Shown: positions 10,051 through 19,973, counted from the stretch's first letter. The stretch: 64,000 bases of DNA from Candidatus Brocadiia bacterium (GCA_050015075.1 JBEKCB010000004.1:64001-128000), one strand, 5' to 3'. Made by a program: numbers and translations. Notes: generated from the letters alone by a model not told the origin.

Positions 10051-10079
10051 TTGACACCTTGCGCGGGGTCGGCTAGAAT
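10051..10079 (+). promoter_or_regulatory. sigma70 promoter for SRP RNA/dnaX operon
   Basis: TTGACA-N17-TAGAAT. Confidence 0.75.
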
Positions 10080-10131
10080 CCAGACAGAAGTCGAGCGCCG
10101 CGCGTGAAGACGCGGCGCTGAGAGGTGGAGA

Positions 10132-10401
10132 GGCCGTGCTAGATGGGGAGCTGGCGGTACCCTAACAAACCTGCAACCCGCCCAGCAGGGTCGAAGCCTT
10201 TCAGAGATTCGATCGTTCTGTACCGTTGTCATGCGAGGTGGCGTCGAGAGTCGGGTCCCATGCAATAGCGGCCTGTGAACCGGGTCAGGTCCGGAAGGAA
10301 GCATCCCTAAGCGGGTACCGCTATGTGCCGTGGGGCAACCTGGCTGGAGCTAACCGGCATGGCGGCGCTCAGGGCGTAGAACCGAGGAAAGGCGCACGGC
10401 C
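10132..10401 (+). ncRNA. ffs: Signal recognition particle RNA, large bacterial (Alu-containing) type
   Basis: Terminal helix GGCCGTGC...GCACGGCC; Alu-like 5' part (GGGGAG..GCGGT.CCCT..CCTGCAA..GCAGGG) resembling Bacillus scRNA; helix 8 TCAGGTCCGGAAGGAAGCA; lies upstream of dnaX. Confidence 0.92.
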
Positions 10402-10459
10402 TTTTCACTTGTTCGCCCGGCCGCGGCCGAGGCGCGAAACCGAAACTGTCGGAATGGTT

Positions 10460-12118
10460 ATGGGTTATCTGGTTCTGGCGCGAAAATACCGTCCCGGGAC
10501 GTTCGAGGGTTTCGTCGGGCAGGATATCATCGCCGAGACCCTCAAGAACGCGATCAAGCTGGACCGCGTGGCGCACGCATACCTCTTCTGCGGGCCGCGC
10601 GGCGTCGGGAAGACCTCGATGGCGCGCGTCTTCGCCAAGGCGCTCAACTGCGTCAAGGGCCCCACCGACAAGCCTTGCGACAAGTGCGAGCAGTGCACCG
10701 CCATCTCCTCCGGCCAGGACGTGGACGTCATCGAGATTGACGGCGCCTCGAACAACGGCGTGGAAGAAGTGCGCGACATCACTCAGAATTCCCGCTACGC
10801 GCCCGCGCATTCGCGCTTCAAAATCTACTACGTTGACGAAGTCCACATGCTCAGCATTTCAGCTTTCAACGCGCTGCTCAAGACGCTCGAGGAGCCGCCG
10901 CAGCATGTGAAGTTCATCTTCGCCACCACCGCGGCGTCCAAGCTGCCGGAGACGATCCTCTCGCGCGTGCAGCGCTTCGACTTCCGCCGCATCTCCAACC
11001 TGGACATCGTCAAGAAGCTCACGGAGATCTGCAAGGCCGAGAAACTGGCGGTGCCCGCCGACGTGATGGCGCTGACGGCCCGGCGCGCGCGCGGCAGCAT
11101 GCGCGATGCGCTCAGCCTGCTTGACCAGATCATCTCCTTCTGCGGCGGCAAGCCGGACCGCGACGCGGTCGCCGGACTCCTCGGCGCGCTCGGCGACGAC
11201 GAGATGGCGCGTCTGCTGAAGTTGATCTGCGAGAAGGACGCCGCCGGACTGCTCAAGACGGCCTCGGAACTGCTCGCGCGCGGGATGGACGTCGGCGATC
11301 TGCTCGATCAGATGACCGGCTACGTCCGCGACGTGCTCGTCGGCCAGAGCTGCGGCGCCGACGCGGACCTGCTCGATCGCGCGCCGGAAGGCGCTGCCGC
11401 GATCGTCGCCGTGGGAAAGGGCCTTTCCGCCGACCAACTGCTGTACATCGCGGAGATCCTCAACGGCGCGCGGCGCCGCATCCGCGAAGGACAGGACGAC
11501 CGGATCGTGCTGGAAATGGCGCTGGTGAAGCTCGCGCAGTCGGACGGCCTCGCTTCCGTCGGCGAGCTGATCGAGAGACTGACGGCGCTGGAAGAAGGCG
11601 GCGGGAAACCCGCGGCGGCCTCGCCTCCGCCGCGCGCGACGGCCGCTCCCTATGGGAACGCGCAGGCTCCAGCTTCGCGCCCGGCAGGAAGTCCACAGCG
11701 GCCCAGCCCGCCGGCCTCGCGGCCGACGGAGAGCGACGAGGGACCCGACGCCGCCGCCGCGGTCCGCGAAGATGCGCCCGCAGACGCCGCTGATCTCTGG
11801 CGCCGGTTCCTCGACGAGGTGCACAAGAACTCCTGGCTCTATGCCCAAGTCGCCGCCGGGCGCTTGCAGCGCGCCAAGGACGGAGAGATCGTCATCGCGT
11901 TCCCGTCCGACCGCGCCGCCGCCCGCGAAGAGGCCGACAAGCTCGAGAACCGCCGCAAGCTCCAGCAGATTTTTGCGCGCTTATTGAATCAACCGGTGAA
12001 ACTGACGATTGTAACTGTGCAGGGCGAACCTGCCCGGCAGTCCCCTGCCGCGGCGGGGAAAAGCGACGAGATCGTCCAGGAGATAATGCAGAAATACGAC
12101 GGCCAGATTATATCGTGA
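10460..12118 (+). CDS. dnaX: DNA polymerase III subunit gamma/tau
   Basis: LARKYRP, GPRGVGKT, EIDGASN, DEVHML, NALLKTLEEPP. Confidence 0.97.
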   Translation: MGYLVLARKYRPGTFEGFVGQDIIAETLKNAIKLDRVAHAYLFCGPRGVGKTSMARVFAKALNCVKGPTDKPCDKCEQCTAISSGQDVDVIEIDGASNNGVEEVRDITQNSRYAPAHSRFKIYYVDEVHMLSISAFNALLKTLEEPPQHVKFIFATTAASKLPETILSRVQRFDFRRISNLDIVKKLTEICKAEKLAVPADVMALTARRARGSMRDALSLLDQIISFCGGKPDRDAVAGLLGALGDDEMARLLKLICEKDAAGLLKTASELLARGMDVGDLLDQMTGYVRDVLVGQSCGADADLLDRAPEGAAAIVAVGKGLSADQLLYIAEILNGARRRIREGQDDRIVLEMALVKLAQSDGLASVGELIERLTALEEGGGKPAAASPPPRATAAPYGNAQAPASRPAGSPQRPSPPASRPTESDEGPDAAAAVREDAPADAADLWRRFLDEVHKNSWLYAQVAAGRLQRAKDGEIVIAFPSDRAAAREEADKLENRRKLQQIFARLLNQPVKLTIVTVQGEPARQSPAAAGKSDEIVQEIMQKYDGQIIS

Positions 12119-12180
12119 GCCGCCGGAACGCGCGTTGAACGCGCTTTTGCAGTGACCGACAGGACAAGGGAGGATCGCAG

Positions 12181-12516
12181 ATGGCGAAAGGCTTTGGTGG
12201 GATGGGCGGCGGTTTCCAGGATATGCACCGGCAGGCCGAGATGATGCAGAAACGGCTGATGGACTTGCAGAACGACCTCAAGGAGCGCGTCTATGAAGGC
12301 ACCGCCGGCGGCGGGACCGTCACCGTGCACGTCAACGGGCAGCGCGACATCCTTGCGGTCAAAATCGCCCGCGAGGCGGTGGATCCCGACGAGGTGGAGA
12401 TGCTCGAGGACCTCGTCAAAGTCGCTGTCTCCCAGGCCATGAAGAAAGCCGCCGACGCGCACGCCGAAGCGATGTCGAAAATCACCGGCGGGATCGGCAT
12501 CCCGGGAATGTTCTAA
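12181..12516 (+). CDS. ybaB: YbaB/EbfC nucleoid-associated protein
   Basis: GTAGGGTVTV and DVEMLEDL-like motif; lies between dnaX and recR. Confidence 0.95.
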   Translation: MAKGFGGMGGGFQDMHRQAEMMQKRLMDLQNDLKERVYEGTAGGGTVTVHVNGQRDILAVKIAREAVDPDEVEMLEDLVKVAVSQAMKKAADAHAEAMSKITGGIGIPGMF

Positions 12517-12518
12517 CG

Positions 12519-13118
12519 ATGGATGCATTCACCGATTCGATGAAGCGGCTGGTTGAGGCGTTCGGGCGCATGCCCGGCATCGGCCAGCGCACGGCGGAGC
12601 GGCTGACGTATTACGTCCTGCGCGCGCCCAAGGGCGAGATGGAGCGCCTGGCGCAGGACATCCGCGACGTGAAGGAAAAGGTCGGGCACTGCTCGCAGTG
12701 CCACAACATCACCGAGACCGACCCGTGCCGACTCTGCGCGGACCCGCGGCGGGACGCGAGCGTCGTCTGCGTCGTCGAAGAGCCGAAGGACGTGTTCGCC
12801 ATCGAGGCGGCCGGCAGCTTCCGCGGGCTGTACCATGTGCTCATGGGACGCATTGCGCCGCTCGACGGCGTCGGGCCGGAATCGCTGGAGATCGCTTCGC
12901 TTCTCGAAAGAGTCAAGCGCGGGACGATCAAAGAGGTTATCATGGCGACGAACCCGAACCTGGAAGGCGACGGCACGGCGCTGTTTCTGAGCCGGAAGCT
13001 TTCGGAACTGGGCGTGCGCGTGACGCGCCTGGCGCGCGGGCTGGCCCCGGGCAGCGCGATCGAGCACGCCAACACCGCCATCCTGTCCGAGGCGCTCGCC
13101 GGTCGAAAAGAGATGTAG
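12519..13118 (+). CDS. recR: Recombination mediator RecR
   Basis: PGIGQRTAERL, C4 zinc finger, Toprim VVEEPKD, EGDGTA. Confidence 0.97.
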   Translation: MDAFTDSMKRLVEAFGRMPGIGQRTAERLTYYVLRAPKGEMERLAQDIRDVKEKVGHCSQCHNITETDPCRLCADPRRDASVVCVVEEPKDVFAIEAAGSFRGLYHVLMGRIAPLDGVGPESLEIASLLERVKRGTIKEVIMATNPNLEGDGTALFLSRKLSELGVRVTRLARGLAPGSAIEHANTAILSEALAGRKEM

Positions 13119-13130
13119 GGAGAACCGAAC

Positions 13131-14564
13131 GTGGGCCGAATGGAAATCAGCATGCAGCCGCGCCTCGAGCAGCGGCTGAAGATGGCGCCGCAGATCATTC
13201 AGTCCATCGAGATCCTGCAGCTGCCGCTCATGGCGCTGCAGGAACGCATCGAGCAGGAGCAACTCGAAAATCCGACCCTCGAGCTCGAGGAGGAGTCCGA
13301 TCCCGAAGGGCTCGAACGGCCCGTCGCGCTCACCCGCGCCGAGACTGCCGAGCAGACCGACAAGTACAGCAGGATTGACGACGCCTCGCACGATTTCCAC
13401 GACTACTTCTCGCAGACCGCGTCGCGGCGGCCGTCCGGCGACGGCGAGCGCGATGAGAAGATGGAAGCGATCCAGAACACGCCGGGCCGGCAGCCCTCGC
13501 TGCGCGATCACCTCTCCGAGCAGATCCGGTTCCTCGATCTCTCCGCGCGCCGGCGCGAGATCTGCGAGGGCGTCATCAACAACCTTGACCGCGACGGGCG
13601 GCTCGCCTACTCGGTTGACGAGATCGCGGAATCGCTCGACCAGCCCGCGACGGCGCAGGAAGTCGAGGCGGCGCTGGAGGTCGTGCAGCGGCTCGATCCG
13701 GCCGGCGTCGGCGCCCGCAACCTGGTCGAATGCCTGCTCCTCCAGCTCGACCCCGCCGAGCCGGACTACGCGCTCGAGCGCGAGATTGTCCTCCACCACC
13801 TCAAGGACATCGAAGGGAACCGCTTTCCGAAGATCGCCAAAGAGACCGACCGCGACATCGAGGACGTGAAGCGCGCCATCGCGGCGGTCTGCCTTCTCCA
13901 TCCCGCGCCCGGCCGGATTTACGACAACGAGGTCGTGCCGATCGTCGCGCCGGACGTCTTCGTCGAGTTCGTGGACGATCACTACGAAATCCGCCTCGAC
14001 GACACCACGCTGCCGCGCCTGCGCATCAGCCAGCAGTACCGCGAACTGCTCTCCGGCAAAGGCCTGGAGGTGGAGGCGCGGCAATTCCTGCAGCGGAAAA
14101 TGGAGTCCGCCCGCTGGCTGATTGACTCGATCCAGCAACGCCGCAAGACGCTGCTCAAGGTGAGCCACGACATCGTCCGCGCGCAGCAGGAGTTCCTGGA
14201 AAAGGGCCTCTCGCACCTGCGGCCGCTCAAGATGCAGGAAGTGGCCGACACGGCCGGCATCCACGTCGCCACCGTCAGCCGCGCCATCCGCCACAAGTAC
14301 ATGCAGACGCCGCGCGGCCTGCTGCCGATGAAGTTCTTCTTCACCGGCGGCACGCTCTCCGGCGAGGGCGAGATGCAGACCTGGGACGCGGTCAAGGAGC
14401 GCATCAAGCGACTCGTCGAGGACGAGGACAAGGTGAATCCGCTCAGCGATGACGATATCGTGAAAAAGCTCGGCGACGGGGGCGTCCATATCGCGCGGAG
14501 GACGGTGACGAAGTACCGCAAGTCGCTCAACATTCCCACCTCGCGCCAGCGCAAGAATTACTGA
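13131..14564 (+). CDS. rpoN: RNA polymerase sigma-54 factor
   Basis: Q/L-rich region I, DPAGVGARNLVECL, HTH HVATVSRA, RpoN box ARRTVTKYR. Confidence 0.97.
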   Translation: MGRMEISMQPRLEQRLKMAPQIIQSIEILQLPLMALQERIEQEQLENPTLELEEESDPEGLERPVALTRAETAEQTDKYSRIDDASHDFHDYFSQTASRRPSGDGERDEKMEAIQNTPGRQPSLRDHLSEQIRFLDLSARRREICEGVINNLDRDGRLAYSVDEIAESLDQPATAQEVEAALEVVQRLDPAGVGARNLVECLLLQLDPAEPDYALEREIVLHHLKDIEGNRFPKIAKETDRDIEDVKRAIAAVCLLHPAPGRIYDNEVVPIVAPDVFVEFVDDHYEIRLDDTTLPRLRISQQYRELLSGKGLEVEARQFLQRKMESARWLIDSIQQRRKTLLKVSHDIVRAQQEFLEKGLSHLRPLKMQEVADTAGIHVATVSRAIRHKYMQTPRGLLPMKFFFTGGTLSGEGEMQTWDAVKERIKRLVEDEDKVNPLSDDDIVKKLGDGGVHIARRTVTKYRKSLNIPTSRQRKNY

Positions 14565-14593
14565 GCCGCGCGCGGGAATGTCAGGAGAGAGCC

Positions 14594-14710
14594 ATGGCAG
14601 TCACGATACGTCCCGGCAAGATGAAGATTTCGGACAAACTCCGTACTCGCAAATCTTCTCTTTGCGATTGGCCTGACGCGAAGCGCTCGATCAGAGAGCG
14701 CGAGAGATGA
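14594..14710 (+). pseudogene. 38-codon ORF, possible truncated ribosome hibernation factor (HPF/RaiA) remnant
   Basis: AGGAGAG RBS; MAVTIRPGKMKISDKLRT resembles an HPF N-terminus; sits at the usual hpf position after rpoN; stop overlaps the next ATG. Confidence 0.4.
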
Positions 14711-15717
14711 AGGTCCAGCGCCCGGCGTTCTGGATCGCTGTCGCCGCCTGCTGTGTGACTCTGGTCGCTTCCCTCCTTGGAGCCCTCCTGCGCGGCGACC
14801 TGCAATCGGGCGCGCCTTGGACGCGCGACGTGGTTGCCATTGTCTGCCTGGTTGCGGCTGTATGCGCGGCAGTCTATCTCGTGTTCCGGGGTCTCGCAGC
14901 GCAAGAACTGGATCGGGAACGCCGCGCTGCCGAACTCGAGCGGCGCCATGCCGAAATGGCGCGCGAAAAGCATTTCCTCGCCGGCGACCTTGAAACCGCC
15001 CGCGGCATCCAGCGCATGTTCCTGCCCGATCTCATGAAGAGCCCGTTCCCGCAGCAGCTTGCCTTCGCGCACGTCTTCCTGCCCGAGATGGCCGTCGGCG
15101 GAGATTATTACGACCTCAAGCAGCTCGACGATCACCGCGTCGCGCTCCTAATGGCTGACGTCTCCGGGCACGGCATGTCGGCGGCGTTCATCACCGGCTT
15201 GATCAAGACCACCTTCGAGTTCGGCTGGTCGCCCGAGCAGAGCCCGCACGAGTTCATGGCGCGGCTGAACAACGTCCTCGAACGCCTGACGCCGTCCAGC
15301 AGCTTCGCCGCGGTGGCGTTCGCGATCTACGACGTGGCCGCGCACGAGCTGCGTTACAGCAACGCCGGTCATAACCCCGCGCCGATCCTCGTCCGGGGCT
15401 CCACCGGCGAAGTCGAGTGGCTCGACGATTGGGTGGACCTGCTCGCCGGCGTCAACCCCGACATGAAGTACCAGGAAGACCGCCTGCCGCTCTCGCCCGG
15501 CGATAAATTCGTCCTCTGCACCGACGGCATCACCGACATCCCGAACGCGGCCGGCGAGCGGCTCGGGTTCCACCGCCTGTACGATTGCCTCCGCGAAAAC
15601 GCCGAACTCTCCGCCGCCAAGCTCCTCGAAGCCATCGTCGCCGCCGTAACCGCCCACGCCAACGGCCTGCCCCGCACGGACGATCAGACGATATTGATTA
15701 TGGAAGTTCTTAAGTAA
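14707..15717 (+). CDS. Membrane-anchored PP2C-family (SpoIIE/RsbU) Ser/Thr phosphatase
   Basis: Two TM helices, VGGDYYD, ADVSGHG, NAGHNP, TDGI, DDQT. Confidence 0.92.
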   Translation: MKVQRPAFWIAVAACCVTLVASLLGALLRGDLQSGAPWTRDVVAIVCLVAAVCAAVYLVFRGLAAQELDRERRAAELERRHAEMAREKHFLAGDLETARGIQRMFLPDLMKSPFPQQLAFAHVFLPEMAVGGDYYDLKQLDDHRVALLMADVSGHGMSAAFITGLIKTTFEFGWSPEQSPHEFMARLNNVLERLTPSSSFAAVAFAIYDVAAHELRYSNAGHNPAPILVRGSTGEVEWLDDWVDLLAGVNPDMKYQEDRLPLSPGDKFVLCTDGITDIPNAAGERLGFHRLYDCLRENAELSAAKLLEAIVAAVTAHANGLPRTDDQTILIMEVLK

Positions 15718-15817
15718 CCTCAGTCCACTAATTACTCCACTCACCGAGCGCCTTCGTCGCCTGCCGTCAAGTCTCGCGCCAGCGGAGCTTTCCCATGCAG
15801 CCCCGGGTGGGAACGCC

Positions 15818-16120
15818 GGATGCGCCAGCATCCGACTCACGCACTTGGCTAGTTACGTAACGTATCTAGTCAACACATTCAGCCGACGAATATGATGCCG
15901 GACAAGACAGCAAGGGCAGGATGCAACATCATCCGATGCGGGGCCTTGGCTAGGTACGTAACGTATCTAGTCAGCGCATTCGGCCGACGAAAATGAGGCC
16001 GGACAGGACAGAAAGGGCCGGATGCGGATCATCCGATCGAGGCGCTTGGCTAGGTACGTATCGTATCTAGTCGGCACATTCGGCCGGTGGAAACAGTGTC
16101 GGCAAAACATAAAGGGCAGG
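15818..16120. repeat. Three tandem ~101-bp non-coding units, each with a 27-bp palindrome
   Basis: Units start at 15818, 15919 and 16020; core TGGCTAG(T/G)TACGTA(A/T)CGTATCTAGTC. Confidence 0.9.
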
Positions 16121-16183
16121 TCATGCAGCGCCAACCTTACGAAGGTTCATGCGCAGCTTCGCGAGGTTCGTGCGCGAAGCGTC

Positions 16184-16212
16184 TTGACGCCGTACAAGTG
16201 CGGCGCTAGGCT
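16184..16212 (+). promoter_or_regulatory. Putative sigma70 promoter
   Basis: TTGACG-N17-TAGGCT upstream of ATG 16238. Confidence 0.55.
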
Positions 16213-16237
16213 GGAAGAAACGGGGCAAAGGGGAACC

Positions 16238-18514
16238 ATGAACGAGCCATTGCCGTCTCCTGAGCAAATTCGCAAGATTCCGCCGGAGGGCGGCGCGGGG
16301 TTCAACCGGCTGATCCACGAGACGAGCCCCTACCTTCTCCAGCACGCGCGCAATCCGGTGGATTGGCACGCCTGGCGGCCGGAGGCCTTCGAGAAGGCGC
16401 GCAGCGAGGACAAGCCGATTTTCCTCTCCGTGGGCTACTCGACCTGCCATTGGTGCCATGTCATGGAGCGCGAGTCGTTCGAGCGCCAGGACGTGGCGGA
16501 AATCCTCAACGCGGGTTTCGTCCCGATCAAGGTGGACCGCGAGGAGCGGCCGGACCTCGACGAAATCTACATGACCGCCACGCAGTTGTTCTCCGGCCGG
16601 GGCGGCTGGCCGAATTCGCTGTGGCTGACGCCGGACGGCCGGCCGTGGTACGCGGGAACGTACTTCCCGCCGGACGACCGGATGGGGATTCCGGGTTTCA
16701 AGAGCCTGCTGAGGCAGCTCGCCGAACTCTGGCGCACGCGCCGGGCGGACGTCGAGAAGCAGGCGGACGAGTTCGCCGTGGCGATGCGGCGGGTGTCCGT
16801 CGCCGGCGCCGCGCGAGGCGACGTGGCCGCCGTTGACCTGGTCAAGGCCGCGCTCGACGAACTGAACAGCGCGTTCGACGAGCGGTTCGGCGGCTTCGGC
16901 GGCGCGCCGAAGTTCCCGCCGCACACGGCGCTCGCGCTGATCGCCCATCAATACCGCCGTTCGCCGGACGCGGCGCTGCTGCGCATGTTGACGGCGACGC
17001 TCGACGCGATGGCCCGCGGCGGGATTCACGATCACGTCGGCGGAGGATTCCACCGCTACTCGACCGACGAGCGCTGGTTCCTGCCGCACTTCGAGAAGAT
17101 GCTCTACGACAACGCGCAGTTGGCCCGCGCATACGCGGAGGGTTTCGCGCTGACCGGCAACGCCGACTACCGCGCCGCAGCGATGGACACGTGCGACTGG
17201 GTCCTCCGCGAGATGAGCGATCCGGCCGGCGGCTTCTTCTCCGCGCTCGACGCCGACAGCGAGGGCCAGGAAGGAAAGTTCTACGTCTGGACCCGCGCGG
17301 AGATTGCCGAGACGCTCGGGGCGGACGAAGGCGACGCATTCTGCCGGGTTTACGGCGTGGAGGAGAACGGAAATTTCCGCGACGAGGCGGGCGGCGGTGC
17401 GACGGGCACGAACATCCTGTATCTGCGAACGCCGCCCGACGCCGCGCTGCGGGAGCGGCTGAAGAGCAGCCTCGCGAAACTCCTCAAGCGGCGCGCGGCG
17501 CGCGTGCGGCCGTATTGCGACGACAAGGCGCTCGCCGGCTGGAACGGGCTGATGATCGGCTCTCTGGCATACGCCGGGCAGCGGTTGAACGAGCCGCGGC
17601 TCATCGCCGCCGCCGAGCGCGCCGCCGGGTTCGTCCTGACCGCGATGCGGAAGGACGGCCGCCTGCTTCGGAGCTATCGCCAAGGCGAAGCAGGGCTGAA
17701 CGCCTGCCTCGACGACTACGCCTTCCTCGCGGACGCGCTGCTTGACCTGCGCGACGCCACCGGCGAGGCGCGATGGCTGGACGAGGCGAAGTCGCTCGCG
17801 GCGGTGATGAAGGAGCATTTCTGGGACCGGGCGCACGGCGGCTTCTTCCTTACTTCAGACGATCATGAGGACCTGCTCCTGCGCTTGAAGCCGGCGCACG
17901 ACCAGGCGACTCCTTCGGGCAACGGCATGGCGGCACGCGTGCTGATCCGGCTGGCCGGGTTGACCGGCGAGGAAGAATACCTGAAGACGGCGCACGCGAC
18001 GCTGAACGCCTTCCTCGGCGTAATGCAGAGCCTGCCGCAGGCGGCGAGCGGCCTGATCCTGGCCGCGGCGATGCTGCTGGAGACCAAGCCGGCGGCGGCT
18101 GCGCCCGCGCAGCCGGTCACCGTCACCATCTCACCCTCGACCGTAACCGCCGCGCCCGGCGGTGTGGCCGACATCGCCGTCCGGATCGAGATCGCGAAGG
18201 GTTACCATATCAACTCTCATAAGCCGGCGGCGGGCAACCTGGTCCCCACTGAACTGACGCTCGAGGGAAACAAAGCGGCGTCTCTCGGCAAAGTTGGGTA
18301 CCCGGCGGGCAAAAAGGTTCGCCTGAGTTTCAGCGCGCAGCCGTTATCGGTGTACGAAGGCGCCGTGACAATCCGCACGCAGATCGCGGTCGGCCGGAAC
18401 GCCGCGCCGGGAAAGGCGGAAATCGTTCTGCAGGTCCGCGTTCAACCGTGCAGCGAAGATGCCTGCCTCGCGCCGCGGACGCTCTCCGCGCCGCTCGCGC
18501 TGCATGTGACCTGA
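16238..18514 (+). CDS. YyaL/SSP411-family thioredoxin-domain protein (DUF255 + alpha/alpha barrel) with C-terminal DsbD-N-like domain
   Basis: [38 protein letters not shown]; C-terminal QPCSEDAC. Confidence 0.92.
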   Translation: MNEPLPSPEQIRKIPPEGGAGFNRLIHETSPYLLQHARNPVDWHAWRPEAFEKARSEDKPIFLSVGYSTCHWCHVMERESFERQDVAEILNAGFVPIKVDREERPDLDEIYMTATQLFSGRGGWPNSLWLTPDGRPWYAGTYFPPDDRMGIPGFKSLLRQLAELWRTRRADVEKQADEFAVAMRRVSVAGAARGDVAAVDLVKAALDELNSAFDERFGGFGGAPKFPPHTALALIAHQYRRSPDAALLRMLTATLDAMARGGIHDHVGGGFHRYSTDERWFLPHFEKMLYDNAQLARAYAEGFALTGNADYRAAAMDTCDWVLREMSDPAGGFFSALDADSEGQEGKFYVWTRAEIAETLGADEGDAFCRVYGVEENGNFRDEAGGGATGTNILYLRTPPDAALRERLKSSLAKLLKRRAARVRPYCDDKALAGWNGLMIGSLAYAGQRLNEPRLIAAAERAAGFVLTAMRKDGRLLRSYRQGEAGLNACLDDYAFLADALLDLRDATGEARWLDEAKSLAAVMKEHFWDRAHGGFFLTSDDHEDLLLRLKPAHDQATPSGNGMAARVLIRLAGLTGEEEYLKTAHATLNAFLGVMQSLPQAASGLILAAAMLLETKPAAAAPAQPVTVTISPSTVTAAPGGVADIAVRIEIAKGYHINSHKPAAGNLVPTELTLEGNKAASLGKVGYPAGKKVRLSFSAQPLSVYEGAVTIRTQIAVGRNAAPGKAEIVLQVRVQPCSEDACLAPRTLSAPLALHVT

Positions 18515-18559
18515 GCGGCGGCAGTTGGTTCGGCGGCGCCATTTCCGTACAATACACCC

Positions 18560-19327
18560 ATGGACAATAACGAGCGTTACAGCCGACAGACGCGGTTCGT
18601 GAAGATCGGCGCGGAAGGACAGGAAAAGCTCCGCAACGGCTTCGTCACCATCGTCGGCTGCGGCGCGCTCGGGAGCGGCATCGCGCACAACCTCGCGCGC
18701 GCGGGAGTCGGACGGCTGCGCATTGTGGACCGCGATTGCCTCGAAATGAGCAACCTGGCGCGGCAGATGCTCTTCGAGGAGGAAGACGTCCGCCGGCGGC
18801 TGCCGAAAGCCGTCGCCGCCGCGAACCGGCTTCGCCGGATCAACTCCGAAGTCCAGGTCGAGCCGGTCCACACCGAGGTGACGGGGAGCAACGTGCTCGG
18901 GCTGATCGAGGGCTCGCACGTCGTCGCCGACGGCTCGGACAACATGAAGCTGCGTTTCGTGTTGAACGACGCCTGCGTCAAGACGGGCGTGCCGTGGGTT
19001 TACGGCGGCGCGCTGGCCTCGCGCGGGATGAGCATGACCATTCTGCCTGGCCGCGGCCCGTGCCTGCGCTGCGTGGTCGAGGAACTTCCGCCGCCGGGCT
19101 CGATCCTGACCGCCAGCGAAGCCGGCGTGCTGAACACGCTCACCGCGACGGTTTCAGCCGTCCAAAGCAACGAGGTGCTGAAACTGCTGCTCGGCGCCGG
19201 TCCGGCGAACACCGGCCTGTTCCGCTTCGACATCTGGACGCTCGACTTCCAGCGCAGCGAGGTCAAACGCCGCGCGGACTGCCCGACGTGCGGGCTTGGG
19301 AAGTTCGAGTTCCTCAAGACCGAGTAA
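18560..19327 (+). CDS. ThiF/MoeB-family adenylyltransferase
   Basis: RYSRQ, GCGALG, SNLARQ, CLRC and CPTC zinc motifs. Confidence 0.92.
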   Translation: MDNNERYSRQTRFVKIGAEGQEKLRNGFVTIVGCGALGSGIAHNLARAGVGRLRIVDRDCLEMSNLARQMLFEEEDVRRRLPKAVAAANRLRRINSEVQVEPVHTEVTGSNVLGLIEGSHVVADGSDNMKLRFVLNDACVKTGVPWVYGGALASRGMSMTILPGRGPCLRCVVEELPPPGSILTASEAGVLNTLTATVSAVQSNEVLKLLLGAGPANTGLFRFDIWTLDFQRSEVKRRADCPTCGLGKFEFLKTE

Positions 19328-19402
19328 AGGCTTGAGTGCGCAGAACCAACGGCAACGGACCCATTGCGCGCGATAGCGCGCTCGTTCGGACGAAGCAATG
19401 CT

Positions 19403-19873
19403 ATGGTCTCATGGTCAAACAAGAAGATGCGGCAACTGAACATTGACCTCAGTCGTTTGAATGCTGATTTGCCGGTTGAGCTCTTGGCCGTTTTGAAAGC
19501 CGGTGTGGTCGAGGAAAAGGGTTACTATTTTCTTCAATCATTCCGTCCGCAGCATACCCCGGCCAGTCCCGAATCGCTCCAAGGACGCAACGACGTGGAA
19601 TGTCTTCACAACCACATACATATGGAGGATTACCTTTCGCGTGGCTCTACGGGGGAACAGGCAACAATAGCAGCGTCGTACGTGATGGCCGGGCTTGAGT
19701 TATTCAAGAAAGCTTTCCCAATGCTGAAGTTCCGCGGAATAATCTCTGCCGCCGAGCGCGAAAATGGCGGTGTTACGGCAAGATTTCACTGCGTTCGGGC
19801 AGGAGAGATGCCCTGGCCCTGTGATGATGTGGAGGAATTCACGTCTGAGGGCGTGCTCATTTTCGAGCTGTAA
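19403..19873 (+). CDS. Hypothetical protein, low-GC islet
   Basis: ~156-aa ORF with AT-richer codons; ECLHNHIH and RFHCVRAGE motifs; start uncertain. Confidence 0.65.
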   Translation: MVSWSNKKMRQLNIDLSRLNADLPVELLAVLKAGVVEEKGYYFLQSFRPQHTPASPESLQGRNDVECLHNHIHMEDYLSRGSTGEQATIAASYVMAGLELFKKAFPMLKFRGIISAAERENGGVTARFHCVRAGEMPWPCDDVEEFTSEGVLIFEL

Positions 19874-19973
19874 GGAATCCGTGAGGCCCGGACAAGTGGA
19901 TAAAACCACACATCTAAGTTCCTCCGCTTGCAACTTTGACTGCTGAATTCTGCACTCCGCAATTGGCGGCTGA

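Noticed and set aside
10226-10459. N-terminal extension of DnaX in the ORF track (also the sppA extension to 10304)
   Set aside because: These overlap the SRP RNA and promoters; family N-termini begin at 10460 and 9929
10460-12118. Programmed dnaX frameshift or slippage site
   Set aside because: No A-AAA-AAG heptamer or long homopolymer run was seen
15818-16120. Possible CRISPR array (palindromic repeat at regular spacing)
   Set aside because: The intervening sequences are homologous to each other and ~70 bp long, and no cas genes are present
16022-16237. N-terminal extension of the YyaL-like ORF
   Set aside because: Runs through the repeat array and the promoter; the RBS-supported ATG is at 16238
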